This document shows positions 30,097 to 46,709 of a stretch of 64,000 nucleotides of DNA, one piece after another. Numbering within the stretch: the first letter of the stretch is position 1; each line of letters begins with the position of its first letter. This DNA comes from the human T2T-CHM13v2.0 reference genome, Homo sapiens. Both the position numbers and the translations under genes were made by a program. The notes under the pieces are model-generated. The model was not told the DNA's origin. It saw only the letters and a list, made by a program, of their open reading frames with translations, and did no database searches. The stretch lies in NCBI RefSeq assembly GCF_009914755.1, contig NC_060938.1. One strand, given 5' to 3'.

Positions 30097-31173
30097 TCTG
30101 CACAAGTACAGAATAGTAATCTTAGTTTCAGATATAAATGTCCACTGTGATAAACTAGCCAATCAAATGTGCTGTCCTAGGGGGACGCTCCAAAATAATG
30201 CTGCTCATTCTCAGATCTCTGGAGAGGATCTTGCAATTTACTCCAAAGTGCTTTAACCTGCCTCTACAATCATGCCCCAAAATGATAGTGATAATAACAG
30301 CAATAGAAGCCTCAAGCAATCAGAACAAAAACTAATGTTTTTCACAATTGTATTATTCTGATTTGGCATACTTGATGGTCGATAAATATTGGTAACTTTT
30401 CAAGAAATATTAGCACATTGGTAGGTTCTCTCTCTCTCTCTCTCTTTCTCTTCATTCTGCAAAATTACTTTGGGCCATGATTCTATTTTAGGTGTCATCC
30501 AATTCTATCGAGTTCTATTGAATTTCATTCTTCTTTCTCCAAAGAGGAGGCTATACGTTCTCCCTACAGTAGTCTATTCTAGTTTTTACAGACATTAAAT
30601 TACATGCGACTTAAGATTCCCTCCTTTTTCAGACAGGCCCCTCCTGTCCACTCTTGGGTTGCTCTCACTCTACTGAGTCACACCAGTATCTTATTAGTTG
30701 TGTGCGAATTCAGTTAACAATACGTGAGGGTGGAGGCTTGGCCCACTTCCTGACCAATTGCCTGTAGCATCTGGCAGAAAAAAAGATGCCGCATTAATGC
30801 CAACAGAGGCACTGCTGGTTAATATGGAGAATTTCATACTTAAGCTATGGCTGGCATTTAAAAATCTGCAAAAACAAGAAATGGACTTTTGTACAAGGGC
30901 AGACCCTGTTTGTTCATTAACACTCAAGTTCAAGAAAAAGCTGTGGTATTTAACATAACCAGAGAGAAAAAGAAGACTTATGGGGGCAATACTTGAAGGG
31001 GCTGCTTACCTGATTTCTCATTCTGCACACTAAGAGGCAGGGTGGAGTAATGGATGAGAGCTCAAGCTTTGAAAGCAAAGAGCAGAGTTTGAGTCTGTGT
31101 CTGTCATCAGCCTTGAACAAGATATTTAATTTCTCTGAGCTTCACTTTCCTCATCTTCAAGAAATTACAAATT

Positions 31174-31957
31174 GGCTCATGCCTGGAATCCAGCACTTTG
31201 GGAGGCCAAGGCGGGCAGATCACTTGAGGTCAGGAGTTCAAGACGAGCCTGGCCAACATAGTGAAACCCTGTCTCTACTAAAAATACAAATATTAGCTGG
31301 GCAGGGTGGCATGTGCCTGTAATCCCAGCTACTTTGGAGGCTGAGGCAAGAGAGACGCTTGAACCCAGGAGAAGGGGTTTGCAGTGAGCCGAGGTCACTT
31401 CACTGCACTCCAGTGTGGGCGACAGAGAGAAACCCCATCTCAAAAATAATAATAATAATAGAGATTATTTAAGCAAAGTAAGATGCTTTGCACATAGTAA
31501 GCATTCAGTAAATGTTAGCACTCAAAAGATAAGATTTATCTTACTTTTTAAAATCTTATCATACTTATTGACTATGATAGTTAGGGAGGATCTACCCAAC
31601 CCAAACAAATATCCCAGGAAGTTCATTGTGACTTCTAAAGATGACAAAAAGAATGAATGAAAAGACTGAACTCAAAATAGAAATGAGAAAATGATAATTT
31701 GTTTGAAGGTCTGATATTAGTTTCAAAATATATCTCTGAAACATCTTTGAAAACCATTAGCGTCCACTGACTCTCAATTTCATTTTATTTCAATTTTTTT
31801 TTTTTTTTTTTGACAGAGTCTCGCTCTCTCACCCAGACTGAAGTGCAGTGGCACAATCTCAGCTCACGGCAACCTCCGCTCCGGGTTCAAGCAATTCTCC
31901 TGCTTCAGCCTCCTGACTAGCTGGGACTACAGGCGCCTGCCACCATGCCCAGTTAAT
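31174..31957. mobile_element. AluS (+, 31174-31460) and Alu right monomer (-, 31794-31957)
   Basis: Alu consensus in opposite orientations. Confidence 0.88.
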
Positions 31958-34053
31958 TTCATTTTATTTCTGCTATATACCTTAAAAATGTGAGCCTGCA
32001 GAGCGCAGAGAAGTCAGAAACACAGTTCTGGAAGTCACCTGCAAACAGACAACACTGAAGCCAAAGAGTGGATGGGTTTGTTTGGGGAGTTAGAATGTGT
32101 AAAGCACAAGAAGAAAAAAACTAAATAAAATGAATTTAAAATAAATTTTTAAAAGACTGTGTAAAGCAAAAAACTTACAAACATGTAGAATATCAATTTT
32201 TGAGGAAAGGGAAAGTGGAGACAATAGAAGACTAATCAAATAGGGGAGAAAGGTTCAAGATGGTTGAGTAGGATTTTCTGGCTCTACTTAGAAGAACTGG
32301 AATAGTATATAGACAGTCACACTTCAAATACGTTATCCAAGACAGAATGCTGATGCTCAACACAGAAGAGACAGGAAACACCAAAAGTGGGGAAGGAGGA
32401 AAAGAGGCAGCATCCCTGGTCAGGACTGGCTAAGAGCTGGGAGTGACTTCCTAACATGAGGAAAGGGTGAGTGACAGACTTCCAGCAGCCCACATCCCCA
32501 CCATCAGATCATGCAATCCTAGCCACAGGAGAGCCCCTTGACCATCCCAAGCCCTGAAACTAACACAGGAAGTTGATGGGAGACGAAGGGACAGGGCTGC
32601 TCCAGGGAGGGAGCTCCCACACCATTTATAAGACCTAAGAAGCTACAGGAAGGTGCCATTTTCAAAGCTAGCCTCTCATAAACTGCACACTGTCCTTCAG
32701 GCCAGCAGCACCAAGACTGAGACATTACAAAAGCTCAAGTTATCACTGCTGGAATGCGGAGTAAGATGGGAGCATTCCCACAGCCAGGGATAAGAAGCAA
32801 GCAAGACATGAGCTGCAGCAGCCAGTGCCAGGAAGCGGGTGCTGTCAGGACAGAGACTGGCATGTAAGTGAGCAGAATGAGTTGCTGGTGGGACTTGGTT
32901 GCGAGTTGGGTGGGTGCTCCTACAGCTGGGGTGGGGGAACAAGCTAAGCATCAGCTACCACTGCCAGGGTAGGGGGTGAACCCCCAGGACTGGGGCTAGA
33001 AAGAAACGTGCATTCCCTACCCACTGGCCCAGGCTGTTGCCACAAAGACAGCAGCTCCCTCTCCAGTGGTGGGGCCTCAGCATGGCTGCTACTGTCTCTA
33101 ACACAAGCACTTAGCCTGAGGCCTAAGGATCATCCTGGCCACCACAGCTGGTGCCTGCTCTCACCACAAGCCCCACGAGCCTAGCTTCGCTCCTTCACTT
33201 CTCCCACCTTAACAGAGCACATAGCCCAGGGTCTCGACTGCTATCTCCTCAGCTGACCTATCTGCAAGCCCCACCTGCAGGACTGGAGACTTCCCCACCC
33301 AGCACATCACATCTACTGTCAACATGAACACACACCACTCAGGACCCAGAGAATCATCCCACTACAGCTTCTGCCATCATCCATGCTATACTGGCTGCCA
33401 GGTGATTGAAAACACACTCTATGACCCAGTTTACTGCTGCCATTATCAACATCTGAGCAAGCCACCTAGAGGCCCAAAAATCAGACCTCTAGTAACCACA
33501 AGTACAGGTGGCAGCATACGTCACCCTGGGGCACAAAGATAGGGATACTCAACCCACCACTGTCATCACTGGTGCCTGGAAACTGGCCCACCTGGCATCT
33601 TAGTCCCCAAGCAGAACATCACCACAGACTCCACTAATAATTGCACCCCAACCCACACAGATATCACTAATCCTGTTTAGAGCCAAAGAAATCATACAAA
33701 GACTACACTGCTGCATGCCCTCAGAATTAAAAGCCAAAGTGCCCTACCTAACAAACACTAAAGCTAGGTCTTCTGGAAGAAGTCCTCTCCTACAAAAGTA
33801 AGTTCAAAAATAGGAAGACGTGATTGTTACACCAGATGTGCAGATATAAACATAAAGACACAGGAAACATAAAAAAAAATCAATGAAATATGACTCTCCA
33901 AAGGAACACAACAATTCTCCAGTAACAGTTCTTAATCAAAAAGACATTTTCAAAATCCCAGTATAATGCAAAATATTGATTTTAAAGAAACTCAGTACAA
34001 AGACAACAGAAAAACAATTCAAGATATGAGGGAAAATTTTACTAAAAGATAGA

Positions 34054-36788
<2,735 letters not shown>

Positions 36789-39700
36789 TCATATCAAGTA
36801 TCTTCTCAGACCACAATGGAATAAAATTAGAAATCAATAGTAAGAGGAACTTTTGAAACTATTCATATACATGGAAGCTGAACATGTTCCTGAATGACCA
36901 CTTGAGTCAATGAATAATTAAGATGGAAATGGAAGAATTCCTTGAAGCAAATGAAAATGGAAACACAACATACCAAAACCCATGGGATACAGCAAAAGCA
37001 ATGCTAAGAGGGAAGCTTATAGCACTGAATAACTACAGCAAAAATAGCAGAAAGACTACAAGTTGACAATTTAACAATGCACCTCAAGGAACTAGAAAAG
37101 CAAGAACAAACCAAACCCAAAACTGGCAGAAGAAAAGAAATAATAAAAAACAGAGCAGAACTAAATGAAATAGAGACAAAGAAAACAATATAAAGGATAA
37201 ACAAAACAAAAAGTTGGCTATTCAAAGGATAAATAAAATTGATAAACCACTTAGCTGGACTAACCAAGAAGAGAGAAGATCCAAATATACAAAATCAAAA
37301 ATCAAAAATGAAACATTACAACTGATACAACAGAAATATCAAAGATCATCAGAGACTGTAAATAACTAAATGGTGACAAATTGGAAAACTAGAGGAAATT
37401 GATAAATTCCTGTAAACATACAACCTACAAAGATTGGATCAAGAAAAGATAGAAAACATGAACAGAACAATAACAAGTAGCAAGATTGAATCAGTAATAA
37501 AAGTCTCCCAACAACAACGACAAAAAGGACCTGCTGAATTCACAGTCATATTCTACCAAACATACAAAGAAAAACTAATACCAATTCTCCTGAAACTATT
37601 GCAAAAAACTGAAGAGGAGGTAATTCTCGCTATCATTCTATGAGACCAGTATCACCCTGATACCAAAACCAGAAAAGAACAGAACAAAAAGAGTAAACTA
37701 CAAGCCAATGTCCCTAATGAACATAGACATAAAAATCCTCAACAAAATACAAGCAAACTGAAACCAGCAGCACATCAAAAAGATAATACACCATTATCAA
37801 ACAGGATTTATTCCAGGGATGCAAGAATAGTTCAACATATGCAAATCAATGATCAAGCTCTATCACATCAACAGAATGAAGGACAAAAACCATATGATCA
37901 TCTCAATAGATGCAGAAAGAGCATTTTATAAAATTCACCATACTTTCTTGATAAAAATTCTTAATAACTAGGCATATAAGGAACATACCTCAAAAAAATA
38001 AAGGTCATGTATGACAAACTCATAGCTAGTATCATACTGAATAGCAGAAAGTTAAAAGCCTTTCCTCTAAGAACCAGAACACTGGTTCTGGATGCCCACT
38101 TTTACAACTCCTATCCAACATAGTACTGGAAGTCCTAACCGAAGCAATCAGCCAAGAGAAAGAAATAAAAGGCATTCAGATTGGAAAAGAGGAAGTCACA
38201 GTGTCCCTATTTTCTGATGATATAATCTTGTATCTAGAAAAAACTTAAAGATTCCACCAAAGAACTGTTAGATTTGATAAATGAATGTAGTAAACTTTCA
38301 GGATACAAAACCAACATACAAAAATCAGTAGCATTTCTATACACTAATAGTTATCTAGCCAAGAAAGAAATCAAGAAGGCAATCCCATTTACTATAGCTA
38401 TAAAACATATAAAATACCTGGAAGTAAATATAATTAAAGAGGTAAAAGATCTATACAAGGAAAACTACAAAACACTGTAAAAGAAATTAAAGATGACACA
38501 AACAAATGGAAAAAAATCCTATGCTCATGGATGAGAAGAATTAATAACAATAAAATGACAAGATTGCCCAAAGCAATCTACAGATTCAATGCAATCCCTA
38601 TCAAAAATTTGGCTTCACGGAACAGAAAAAAAAAAAATCTTAAAATCCATAGGGAATCAAAAAAGAGGCAAAATAGACAAAGCAATCCTGAGCAAAAAGA
38701 ACAAAGCTGAGGCATCACATTACCTGATTTCAAAATACAATGCAAGGCTATAGTAACCAAAACAGTATGGTATTGGTATGAAAAGAGACATATAGACAAA
38801 TGGAACAGAATAGAGAAACTAGGAATAAATCCACATATTTACAGACAACTCATCTTTGACAAAGCTGACAAGAGTCTCTGGGTGGGGAAAGAATACGCTC
38901 TTCAAAAAATGGTACTAGGAAAATTGGATAACCACATGCAGAAGAATGAAATGAACCCTTTTCTCCCACAATATACAAAAATCAACTCAAAATGGATTAA
39001 ACACTTAAATATACGACCCAAAACTATAAAAATACTAGAAGAAAACCTAGGGAAAACTTTCCTGGACATTGGTTTCAGCAAGGAATTTATGACTAATACC
39101 TCAAAAGTACAGGCAACAGAAACAAAAATAGACAAATAGGACTTAAACTAAAAAGCTTCTGCATAGCAAAAGAAATAATCAACAGTGAAGAGACAACGTG
39201 TTGAATGAGAGAAAATATTTGCAAACTATTCATCCAACAGGCAACTAATATCCAGAATATATAAGAAACTCAAACAACTCAAAAGGACAAAGATAAATAA
39301 CATCATTAAAAAGTAGGCAAAGTACACGAATAGACATTTCTCAAAAGAAGACACACAAATACATATATGAAAAAATGGTCGGCATCACTAATCATCAGAG
39401 AAATGCAAATCAAAACCACAATGAGATATCATCTCTACCCAGTTAGAATGGTTATTATTAAAATGACAAAATTAACAGATGTTGTTGAGGGTGCAGAGCA
39501 AAAAGAACTTACACTCTGTTGATGAGAATGTAAACTAGTATAGCCACTATGGAAACCATACAGAGATTTCACACAAAAAAAACTAAAAATAGAATTACCA
39601 CTCGATCCAGCAATTCCACTACTGGGTATCTACCCAAAGGAAATGAAATCCACATATCAAAGTGATAGCTGCACTTGCATGTTTATTGCAGCACTATTCA

Positions 39701-40058
39701 CTATAGCAAACACATGGAATCAACCAAAGTGCCCATGAAAAGATGACTGGATAAAGAAAATGTGGTATTTATAGACAATGAAATACTATTTGGCCATTAA
39801 AAAATACTAAAATCATGTCATTTGCAGCAACATGGATGAAACTGGAGGTCGTTATCTTAAGAGAAATAAGCCAGGCACAAAAAGACAAATATTGCATGTT
39901 CTCACTTATACATGGGAGCTAAAACATTTGAACGCATGGAAGTAGAGTAGAAAAATAGATAACAGAGGCTGGGAAGGGTGAGAGAGGCAGGAGGGCAAGG
40001 ATAAAGAGAAGTAGGTTAAAGAGTACAAACATACAGTGAGATAGTAGAAATAAATTCA

Positions 40059-40490
<432 letters not shown>

Positions 40491-41090
40491 CTATATTTGA
40501 GTAATAGACACCCTAAATATCCTGAGTTGATCACTATTCATTACATACATGTAAAAAATTTCTCATATATTCCATAAATTTGCACAAATGAAAAAAGAGT
40601 GACCAGATAAAAAGAAGAGGGTAAAAATCAATCACAGAGACAACTTTAAAGGGAAAAACTGATCAGTGACGTGAAATTCTGCAAAGATTAGATAAAATTA
40701 GGAATGAAAAATAGCAGTTAACAGTTTCGGCATAAAGGTAAACATGGATATGCCAATTATAGCAGGTTGAAGACTGAGTGAGGAACTTTTCAGAAAGGTT
40801 GACCATGAAAAGAGGAACACAGGACCATAGCTTGAGATATGGACCATAAATTTGAGAAACACAATATGAGAAAAATACAATAGAATGTCTGTTGTGGGTT
40901 GGTCCCAGAAAAAGATATGCTGAAGTTTTAACTCCTGGTACCTGTGAATGTGACTTTATTTGGAAATAGGATCTTTAAGGATGTAATCAAGTTAAAATAT
41001 GGTCATATTGGATTACAGTGAACCCTAATCCAATGACTGGTGTCCTTATAAGAAGAGGGACACAAAGATAGTGACAGATAGGGAGAGAAC

Positions 41091-41425
41091 GGCCAGGCAC
41101 GGTGGCTCACGCCTGTAATCCCAGCGCTTTGGGAGGCCGAGGCGGGCGAATCACAAGGTCAGGAGACCGAGACCATCCTGGCTAACATGGTGAAACCCCG
41201 TCTCTACTAAAAAAAATACAAAAAATTAGCAAGGCATGGTGGTGGGCACCTGTAGTCCCAGCTACTCGGCAGGCTGAGGCAGGAGAACGGCGTGAACCCG
41301 GGAGGCGGAGCTTGCAGTGAGCCGAGATCGCCTCAATGCACTCCGGCCTGGGCGACAGAGCGAGACTCCGTCTCAAAAAAAAAAAAAAAAAAAAAAGAAA
41401 TCTAATATTAAAAAAAAAATTAAAA
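41091..41425 (+). mobile_element. AluY
   Basis: gaccatcctggctaac and ggcgtgaacccgggaggcggagcttgc diagnostics; TSD AGATAGGGAGAGAAC. Confidence 0.93.
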
Positions 41426-41602
41426 AGATAGGGAGAGAACACCAAGTAATGAGGGAGGCAGAGATTGGAGTAATGTGTCCACAGGCCAAGGAACACCAAG
41501 CGTTGCTGGCAACTGCCAGAAGCTAGGAGAGAGGTGTGGGTCAGATTCTCCCTCACTGTCTCCAGAAGGAGCCAACCCTGCCGACGAAAGAAGAAATTTC
41601 TG

Positions 41603-42737
41603 AAAATTTTCTCCCATTTTGTAGGTTGCCTGTTCACTCTGATGGTAGTTTCTTTTGCTGTGCAGAAGCTCTTTAGTTTAATTAGATCCGATTTGTCAAT
41701 TTTGGCTTTTGTTGCCATTGCTTTTGGTGTTTTAGACATGAAGTCCTTGCCCATGCCTATGTCCTGAATGGTAATGCCTAGGTTTTCTTCTAGGGTTTAC
41801 TCATCTAACAAAGGGCTAATATCCAGAATCTACAATGAACTCAAACAAATTTACAAGAAAAAAACAAACAACCCCATCAAAAAGTGGGCGAAGGACATGA
41901 ACAGACACTTCTCAAAAGAAGACATTTATGCAGCCAAAAAACACACGAAAAAATGCTCACCATCACTGGCCATCAGAGAAATACAAATCAAAACCACAAT
42001 GAGATACCATCTCACACCAGTTAGAAGGGCAATCATTAAGAAGTCAGGAAACAACAGGTGCTGGAGAGGATGTAGAGAAATAGGAACACTTTTACACTGT
42101 TGGTGGGACTGTAAACTAGTTCAACCACTGTGGAAGTCAGTGTGGCGATTCCTCAGGGATCCAGAACTAGAAATACCATTTGACCCAGCCATCCCATTAC
42201 TGGGTATATACCCAAAGGACTATAAATCATGCTGCTATAAAGACACATGCACATGTATGTTTATTGCAGCACTATTCACAATAGCAAAGACTTGGAACCA
42301 ACCCAAATGTCCAACAATGATAGACTGGATTAAGAAAATGTGGCACATATACACCATGGAATACTATGCAGCCATAAGAAATGATAAGTTCATGTCCTTT
42401 GTAGGGACATGGATGAAATTGGAAATCATCATTCTCAGTAAACTATCACAAGAACAAAAAACCAAACACCGCATATTCTCACTCATAGGTGGGAATTGAA
42501 CAATGAGAACACATGGACACAGGAAGGGGAACATCACACTCTGGGGACAGTTGTGGGGTGGGGGGATGGGGGAGGGATAGCATTAGGAGATATACCTAAT
42601 GCTAGATGACGAGTTAGTGGGTGCAGCGCACCAGCATGGCACATGTATACATATGTAACTAACCTGCACATTGTGCACATGTACCCTAAAACTTAAAGTA
42701 TAATAATAATAAATAAATAAATAAATAAATAAATAAA
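41603..42737 (+). mobile_element. 5'-truncated, 5'-inverted (twin-primed) young L1 (L1PA2/L1PA3-like)
   Basis: Antisense ORF2 piece 41603-41798 joined to sense ORF2 end + 3'UTR + (TAAA)n tail. TSD AAGAAATTTCTG at 41591-41602 and 42738-42749. GAG (not ACA/ACG) at 42611-42613, so not L1HS-Ta or pre-Ta. Confidence 0.93.
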
Positions 42738-43089
42738 AAGAAATTTCTGTTGTTTATGCTGCCCAGTTTGTGGTGCATTTTTCTGGTAACCCCAGCAAAT
42801 TTATATAAGGACTACAGATAATAATGAAAAAATACATATCTGATAGAATATTTACAATGTGTATAAACCATGATAACATCAAAGTGTCAAAATAATTGAC
42901 ACAAACATAATAAAAGATATTAATCACTTGGAAAATAACTATCTTCCAATTTAGATACAATAACAATATGAGAATGAAAACAAAAAAAGGAAATTGGTAA
43001 GAAAAATCGATCAAAATCTAGTACAACTGTAAAAATACTGCACCTTTAACCTGGTTCCTTTCATTCATTGCCATTTTAAAGATACCACC

Positions 43090-43220
43090 AGGGAAGGGTG
43101 AGTTGGGAGGAGTGGGGAGGATGAATAAAAGTGGGTTAAAGTGTATAAACATACAGGAAGAGAGAAGGAATAAATTCATTGTTTGATAGCAGAGTAGAAT
43201 GATAACACTTTAAAATGTAT
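43090..43220 (+). mobile_element. L1MA 3'UTR fragment
   Basis: Similar to 39970-40490 (gggaagggtgag...aaacatacag...aataaattc...atagcagagtag). Confidence 0.7.
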
Positions 43221-44511
43221 AAATCATTTATACAGTATTGTTGTAAGTATTATCTAATGACTAGAATCCCTGAATATTTTTCTGTCTTCAGAGTAGGAAC
43301 CTAAGAATATTCTATGGCTTAGACTTTTCATATTTATTTGTTAATATGATCAACAAACATTTCTGAGCCCCTACTTGCTATACTCTGAAACACCTGGTTC
43401 TCAATACCCTAAGAAGCTGTAGTCAAGGCTGGGGGCAAAAGGGAGGTGAGGAAGGGCTGGTTTAACCACATGTTTTTAAAATATTGTATAAAAGTTGTTT
43501 TAAGTTTTATGTCAGTTGAATCATATAGCCACATATTAAGGGTAGTTACACTTTTAAAACATCTTTCAGGAAGGTAGAGTAAAATAAGAAATCCTTTAAA
43601 ATGTGGTATGCAACTCATATTTTGTTTGTTCTTAAATTCTGATTTTTGAGAACTAGATTTTCTTAAAGAGAGACAAGATTACATTTTACTTAAAATACAT
43701 CCTTTAAAGGTATTTTATAATTAATTCGAGCAATAGGGTTGCTTCCTCCTATGTGCTTGAAATAAGGGTTATTTTTTTCTCCCTAATTACCCAGATAATG
43801 GGTTCCAGCCACCCTTTGATGTGTCATAAAGGCTCACCTGTTTCAGTACAACCTGCTATTTATTATCAAACAATTACAGTTTCCCAAATCCTGAATTTCC
43901 AAAGGTGCCATTTATCCAAATCACACGTGCATCCCCTTTGCACCATTTTGCAAAAGAATTTTCCTTGATCAAAATTTTAACCTTGATTACCCCCTGGTGT
44001 ATCAGCCCTTTTATTACGTAGTTCAAATTAAAATCCAAAGGACTTCTAGTATACATACTATTAAGGCATCTATTTTAACTGTATTTTAACTATTAGAGTA
44101 AGAAAAAGGAGTAATCTTGTGAAAATGAAGATATGTAAGAAATTTGAAAACATCCTATATCTTTTTATTAGCCTTTTCAGGTTAAAAGCCTTGGACTCTC
44201 TCCCTATTAAAATATCACAGCATTTGCATATACTCTCAGATAATTAATCTCCCAAAAGCCTATTCATTAATTCCAGATTTCCCTCCCTCAAAAAAGTCTT
44301 TCATTTCACTCTTATTTGACTCTTTGAAGGTGATTAATGAGATAACACTACACAAAGTACTTGAACTGTGTTTAGTGCAAGATTGGAAAACTTGTTTCCA
44401 GAAAACTTTGAACTAAAACAATGAATTTAAATGAAAGCAATGAACTGCAGGGAGATGCACAAAGTAAAAACAGAGTAATTGATGGAGATGTGCTTATAAG
44501 CACCAGGGACT

Positions 44512-44937
<426 letters not shown>

Positions 44938-46709
44938 TCAGAGTGGGACTGGCAGACTTTGGGGAATATGAGTAAAAGATTCTGGGAGGCAGGAGGAGGG
45001 TCCTGGAGTTGCCACTATGGAAGAAAATTCAGTGTGGACAAGGCTTAGGAGTGACCTCAGGAGGAAGCCTGACAGGTCCTAGTAAGAGCAGGACCACTCA
45101 GGGGGCTAAGATAACATTGTCACAGACCCTGGGAGGTTCTGAGGTTGGGTACAAAATCCCTGTGAGAGTCTGGGGAGAATGACCATCTGAGTGGGCCTGA
45201 TCTTATATGACATGGGAAATAAGAACTACCCCGTGGTCTTTGGGAACACAGGGAAGGGTCCAAACTGATCATTAGGAAGAATGGGAAAGTCTGAGATGGA
45301 CCCATGCTCCTAGCTCCAAGTTAGAGTTGATCAAGTACATGACAGGGGAGCCTCCTAGAGCCCTGTTGATATGCAGACAGAGTAATGATGTCATATGCAG
45401 GGGCTGCTGAGACCAGAGATCTTGGGATCCCTAACATGTTTAGGGGAATTCTGTCAGACCTTATGTCAATCCATTTGGTGTCTTTGTGAGAAACAGAAAA
45501 AGGTGTCCCTTCCCCCAAGTGAACACGTCTGTTCTAGGATGCACAAATCACGGAGCAGAGCATGTGCTAGATTTCAATTCCTACTTGCTCTCATGTCCAG
45601 ATCCCTTTTTCAGTCCACAATGTGTCCAACTACATGTAGAGGCCCTGAATGGATGGAGAAGTAAAATAACTAAATTTTCTCTTGGCTAAAGGATAATGTT
45701 TGCCTAGATAGATGAAATGATTTGGAGTGAGCAAGGTACTACTTAATGGAAAGTCTGTATGGATTGTATTTGTAGGTAAAACAGTTATTTTAAGGAATAT
45801 AAACTAATTACAGCTACAGCGATTATAAGAGTAGACTTGACTTCGTCTTTCCAACTCCTATAGAAATGGTTGCATGTATGTGCAACTATGGCATGTTCAT
45901 TATTCCCCTGCGCATCAGTTTCTTCGTCTGTAAGTGGGGATTATTATAGTGCTTGCCTTGTGAAGTTGTGGAAAGGATTAAAAGTGTTAACACATGTAAA
46001 GCTTAGAACTGGATCCGGCATTTAGTATTTACTCAATAAATATTAGCTTATTTTATTATTTGCATCATTCATATGCTAATGAAAATGTTAAAGCTGGGTG
46101 GACTGTAGAGTCCATCTTGGAAACACTTATGCAGAAAATCATTTTCAATCTGGGCCTTGGAAAATGGATGGAATTTCAATAGGTAGAGATATATCTTCTT
46201 GATGAAGCTAGGAAAGTTCTTTGTAGGTGTTTTGAAGCCATTAGGCAAACAATTAGTGAGAGGAAATATTTGTATTTTATTTGGCACAATATCTCACCAG
46301 TTACCTTCTAATCCTGCTATATATTCTAACAGGGATCGAAAGCCTCTAGTCTTTCAGTTAAGAAAACCTGATGAATCAGATTGTTCCCTTATCTCCATAC
46401 AAATAAAAATATTAGCTTCAAAAAAGAAAAAAAGTAAGGGGTAAGACATTCTAGGGGATCAGGAATAAAGGTGTAAAGTACTGGTAACAGTCAAGAATTG
46501 CCGGCAGACCTGTTCAGCAGAAACTGAACAAAATGTGTAGGAGAGGGTTGAAAAATAAGACTGAAAGCTAAATTGAGGGCATATAACAGGGAGTATGAAA
46601 TTCATTCTTCTGTCTGGTCAGCAGTGAAAACCAAGAAAGATTTCACTTGCGCAATTTGGCTTTGACCTTCCCCCTCTATAGAGTCTTTTTTTCTCAAAGG
46701 TCTTCTACA

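Larger units (their letters stand above)
40890..42808 (+). mobile_element. MLT1 (MaLR) LTR hosting an AluY and the inverted L1
   Basis: MLT1-type sequence (tgtgactttatttggaaatagg..., ccaaggaacaccaag..., ccagtttgtgg) in three pieces around the insertions. Confidence 0.8.

Noticed and set aside
30172-30190. Third CTCF-like string GTCCTAGGGGGACGCT
   Set aside because: Needs a 1-nt gap and several mismatches.
31004-31012. Strong minus-strand donor CAG|GTAAGC
   Set aside because: No convincing paired acceptor; isolated donors are common in long introns.
41182-41754. 190-aa minus-strand ORF
   Set aside because: Fusion of inverted L1 ORF2, antisense MLT1 and antisense Alu; a repeat artefact with no exon signals.
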